DNA from: Chthoniobacteraceae bacterium
Lineage (GTDB): Bacteria > Verrucomicrobiota > Verrucomicrobiia > Chthoniobacterales > Chthoniobacteraceae
DNA length: 28,175 nucleotides
Direction: 5' to 3'
Assembly (NCBI GenBank): GCA_031409655.1
Contig: JANNXQ010000126.1
Coordinates: 1-28,175 of the forward strand
The position numbers and the translations under genes were made by a program. Below are positions 25,901 through 28,175 of the stretch, piece after piece. The first letter of the stretch is position 1. The number at the start of each line of letters is the position of its first letter. The notes below the pieces were generated by a model. It did not search any database, was not told the DNA's origin, and worked only from the letters and a program-made list of their open reading frames with translations.

Positions 25901-27657
25901 CCGGCGATGAACGAGCCGCCGATGGTGACGCTGTCGAAGCGCCCGGCGGATTCGATGAACCCGGAGCGCTCGAGCGTCGCCGCTCCGCCGACGCTGCCGC
26001 CGATGAGATCATGGCCGATGCGCACCGGGCCCAGGCTGCCCGCGGCGATGATCGCGCCGGTGACATCCGCCGCGCCGCTGCCGAGCGAGCCGCCGACGAG
26101 CGAACCGCCGATCGAGACGCTGGCGATCCGCGCGCCCGAGCGGAGGACGCCCGATTCATCCCCGCTGCCGCCGAGCAGATCGTGACCGATCTTCACCGCG
26201 CCCACGCCGCCGACGCCATTGACGAAGCCGCTGAAATTTCCGCTCCCGCCGACGAGCGAACCGCCGATGCTCACGCTCGTGATCGCGCCATCGCTCTCGA
26301 TCAACCCCGAGCCGACGCCGCTGCCGCCCGCCATGTCGTGGCCGATCGTCACCGCGCCGATGCTCGTCTCGCTGTCGAATCTCCCGCTCGTCAGTCCCGC
26401 TCCGCCGAGCAACGAACCGCCGATGCTGATCGCGCCGAGCGCCCCGACGCCACCGACGCGCGCCGATCCATCGCCCGCCCCGCCCTGCACATCGTGCCCG
26501 ACCTGAAACGAACCGATGCCGCCCTCCGCGAAGATTTGGCGAAAATGTCCGCCCGCCTGGTAATCGCCGTCGCCACCGAGCAGCGAGCCGCCGATCGCGA
26601 TGCTCGTGATCTTTCCGCCCGCGTCGATCTTGCCCGACTCATCGCCCGCGCCGCCCTTCACATCGTGCGCGATCTTCACTGGGCCGATGTCGGTGAAGCC
26701 GAGAATCCGCGCGCTGAAATCCCCAGCGCCACCAAGCAGCGAACCGCCGATGCTGATCGACGCCAGCTTGCCGCCCGCGCGGACGGTGCCGGAAGTCGCC
26801 GCGGTGCCGCCCTGGAGATTTCCCGCGATGCTCACCGCACCCATGCTGCCGTCGCTGACCACCCGCGCGCTGAGCGAACCGGAACCCCCGACCATCGAGC
26901 CGCCGATACTGACCGTGCCCAGGTTGCCGGTCGCATCGATCCGCCCCGAGCCGTCGCCGTCGCCGCCGATCAGATCGCGGCCGATCTTCACCGGGCCGAT
27001 GTCGCCCCCGGTGCTGATCGATCCGCTGTTGCCCAGCGCGCCCCCGATGAGCGAGCCGCCGATGGTGATGCTGCCGATCTTCGCGTCCGCGGCCACAGCC
27101 GCGGTGACGTCGATTTGCGCATCCTTGATATCCTCGGCCACGCGCAGTGCGCCGAGCGCGCCGCGGATGTCGCTCTTCAGTCCGGCGACGAGCGAATCGG
27201 TGGCGTCGCCGTAGCGCCCCATCGAACGCACGCTCAGCAACTCGATCGCCCGCGTGGCCGTGTTCGCGTCGCCCGCGTCGATCTCATTGAGATCGCCCCG
27301 CACCGTGATCGCGCCGACATCCACCCCCTGCGCATTGATGTAGCCGACCGCCGCGAGCCCATCGCCCGCGCCTGCCTTGACCACGCTGAAGGTGAGGTCC
27401 TCGCCGGCGAACCCAGGCAGCGTGAGATCGACAAAGACGAGTTGCTGGCCGCCGAGGGCATTGGCCGCGTTGAAGACAAAGCTGTCGCCGAAATCGCCAT
27501 TCGGCCCATTGGTGAAGACGAAGGGGCCGCCGGAAGTTTTCACCGTCACCGCGTCGCCATCGACGTCGGTGTAAGTGAAGGTGGTCGCATTCACGAGCAC
27601 CGCCGCGGGGGCGATGCGGGCTTCGAGCGGTTCGATGGTGGGCGGATTGGTTTTCAT
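22915..27657 (-). CDS. LExRIAPA-leader repeat protein paralog I, two complete units fused (1580 aa)
   Basis: MKTNPPTIEPLEARIAPA. Two N-caps (YTDVDGD, YTDSDGD) and two C-caps (GGDW...DRFGFVA; GGDW...DHFGFVA); ends LSLLTRDVTVREV. Confidence 0.93.
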   Translation of the reverse strand: MKTNPPTIEPLEARIAPAAVLVNATTFTYTDVDGDAVTVKTSGGPFVFTNGPNGDFGDSFVFNAANALGGQQLVFVDLTLPGFAGEDLTFSVVKAGAGDGLAAVGYINAQGVDVGAITVRGDLNEIDAGDANTATRAIELLSVRSMGRYGDATDSLVAGLKSDIRGALGALRVAEDIKDAQIDVTAAVAADAKIGSITIGGSLIGGALGNSGSISTGGDIGPVKIGRDLIGGDGDGSGRIDATGNLGTVSIGGSMVGGSGSLSARVVSDGSMGAVSIAGNLQGGTAATSGTVRAGGKLASISIGGSLLGGAGDFSARILGFTDIGPVKIAHDVKGGAGDESGKIDAGGKITSIAIGGSLLGGDGDYQAGGHFRQIFAEGGIGSFQVGHDVQGGAGDGSARVGGVGALGAISIGGSLLGGAGLTSGRFDSETSIGAVTIGHDMAGGSGVGSGLIESDGAITSVSIGGSLVGGSGNFSGFVNGVGGVGAVKIGHDLLGGSGDESGVLRSGARIASVSIGGSLVGGSLGSGAADVTGAIIAAGSLGPVRIGHDLIGGSVGGAATLERSGFIESAGRFDSVTIGGSFIAGTDGSTGDLLRSGTIRSGADIGAISVRGGLIGNVGAQGESFVTISAQGQAGLAASARADVAIGRISIGGRVEFAQIFAGYDRGLGARNADAQIGAVSVGGDWIASTIIAGAINLGADDAPGGAGADADNVRFGDEHDAKIVEAGESALIGSKVGSITIAGQVFGTPASFSDVDRFGFVAEQIGALKIGARTVALTAGAGNDGLPLGFFTESFAFTFAAHELGKTIDFSLPAQIPPATLVNASTVAYTDSDGDRVTVRLSKPLLTAGNVNTVFQFDNGTVDGANAFPQQLQRIDLTGLAAAGVNLTVTVQRAAAGDGLVQIGAILADDDLGTITVPGDLGQIAAGDAVSTTRGLAALHVRTFGRLGLDTQPLAVAGFVPFVGGDILGSLGALSVRQDIAGASLAISGALGSLSIGGSLIGGSAAASGTISTAQGIGAIRIAHHVQAGVAGTGFIDTGTSIASVSIGGSLIGGIVNADGAALGAVKIGHNVIGGLADFTGRLSGNTSVGNITIGGSLLGGAGMRSGQIFSGSTGGIGAVKVGHDLAGGAGDESGKIDSAGKLASLSIGGSLLGGSGDYDTTAQRGQIAALGSIGPVTIGHNMHGGAGDSSAEIETDVAASSVTIGGSLIGGSGSFSGSVFVGALAAVKIGHDLIGGSGGGAGYLDGSDGIASVNIGGSLVGGAGSFDGAIISDTRIGPVKIGHDMLGGSGGATASMRGTVGIASVSIGGSLVGGSSISSGEITGGDFGAVKIGRDLIGGSIAGTTATLDSTGYLQSSGRIASVSIGGSVIAGIDDSTGGALTRNASIRAGNDIGALSVKGSLIGNVGDGTAANLSKVIITASGQATVAANATIDLAIKSISIGGRVERASILAGYTPALTVHGPGSIGPVTVGGDWTASDLVAGVIVDDDPSAPNLFGDFDDIPSSFPGTAVIARIASISIKGAVVGTVQGADHFGFVAHVIGSFKSLGIAAILGNSPIRDVIELSLLTRDVTVREV

Positions 27658-27694
27658 GCGGGGTGATGGGTGGAAAGAAAACGCCGATCGCCGT

Positions 27695-27736
27695 CGCGCA
27701 CCCCGAGCCCGTGGAGAAACTGGCCAGCAAACCCGC
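27695..27736 (-). promoter_or_regulatory. Conserved upstream element, copy 2
   Basis: Same 16-bp and 14-bp blocks as 2439-2482. It begins 38 nt from the ATG at 27657. Confidence 0.6.
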
Positions 27737-27850
27737 AGTGCGCGCCTGGCATTGCGTGGAGATTAGCGCGCCGCACCGCGTCTTGGCGAGAGCCGTTGCG
27801 GAGGGAGTGCGCGCAAGGGCGCATCCCATTTTTTGACCACGTTCCTCATT

Positions 27851-28045
27851 GCGCCGGAGGCGCAACAGAAATTAGCCGGTGGTGAAGCGAGGAACGAGCG
27901 CAACCACCGGAACCCAACAAAGAACGGAGCGCGCCCCGGAGGCGGCGCGAGCAACGCGCGCAGGGTTCTGGCGCCGCCTCCGGGGCGCATTCGCCTTTCG
28001 AAATGTTCCGGTGGTTCCGCTCGCGGACTCGCTTCACCACCGGCT
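27851..28045. repeat. Long imperfect palindrome, REP/REPIN- or MITE-like element
   Basis: Perfect 18-bp arms AGCCGGTGGTGAAGCGAG (27874-27891)/CTCGCTTCACCACCGGCT (28028-28045), middle arms AACCACCGGAAC/GTTCCGGTGGTT, and perfect inner 18-bp arms GCGCCCCGGAGGCGGCGC (27931-27948)/GCGCCGCCTCCGGGGCGC (27971-27988). A mini-hairpin GCGCCGGAGGCGC starts at 27851. Confidence 0.85.
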
Positions 28046-28085
28046 TGTGTGTTGATTGCCGTGTTAGACCAAGAGCGTCCGTTTT

Positions 28086-28167
28086 GAGGCAGCGGGGCGG
28101 GTAACCCGTCACCGGCTGAGGTCACACTGAGCCTGTAAATTAGAAAGGCACCCGACCCCGCCGCCTC
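28086..28167. other. Stem-loop with a large structured loop at the window edge
   Basis: GAGGCAGCGGGGCGGGT (28086-28102) pairs with ACCCGACCCCGCCGCCTC (28150-28167) with one mismatch and one bulge. An inner GGCTGAG/CTGAGCC stem has one mismatch. Confidence 0.55.
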
Positions 28168-28175
28168 TCCGGCCC

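Noticed and set aside
308..27657. CRISPR array, diversity-generating retroelement or shufflon as the source of the repeats
   Set aside because: The repeats are degenerate and codon-phased, with no repeat-spacer pattern. I saw no reverse transcriptase, adenine-specific template/variable pair, or recombinase.

Overview
GC-rich bacterial DNA, most likely from the PVC superphylum (probably Verrucomicrobiota; inferred from a planctomycete-cytochrome-c/DUF1553 + DUF1501 gene pair, a sulfatase and an 'EPLExRIAPA' leader). About three quarters of the window is an expanded family of minus-strand genes for Gly/Ile/Val/Ser-rich, probably extracellular beta-solenoid proteins in three runs (308-2400, 2869-13695, 20079-27657). 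All begin with a short non-hydrophobic leader, E(P/L/F)LE(A/S/T)RIAPA. Seven genes share one architecture: an N-cap with a DxDGD motif, a variable number of ~26-aa repeats, and a C-cap ending in T(G/A/N/D/R)D(V/L)xxxEV. Two others attach the same leader to different bodies (one Pmp-like, one a different solenoid). The family shows turnover: a head-to-tail fusion, a copy with an amber stop plus a 75-codon deletion, and three collapsed copies keeping only their start and end. Two of these are 19-24 aa mini-ORFs heading a run, and one retains a ~43-bp upstream element shared with the largest gene. A PSCyt/DUF1549/LamG/DUF1553 gene and a DUF1501 gene on the plus strand are separated by an AT-richer two-gene insert with integron-core-like ends. 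The window ends with a long REP/MITE-like palindrome and another hairpin. Most long ORFs in the supplied track are antisense shadows. Family assignments come from recognising motifs by eye; no database search was run.
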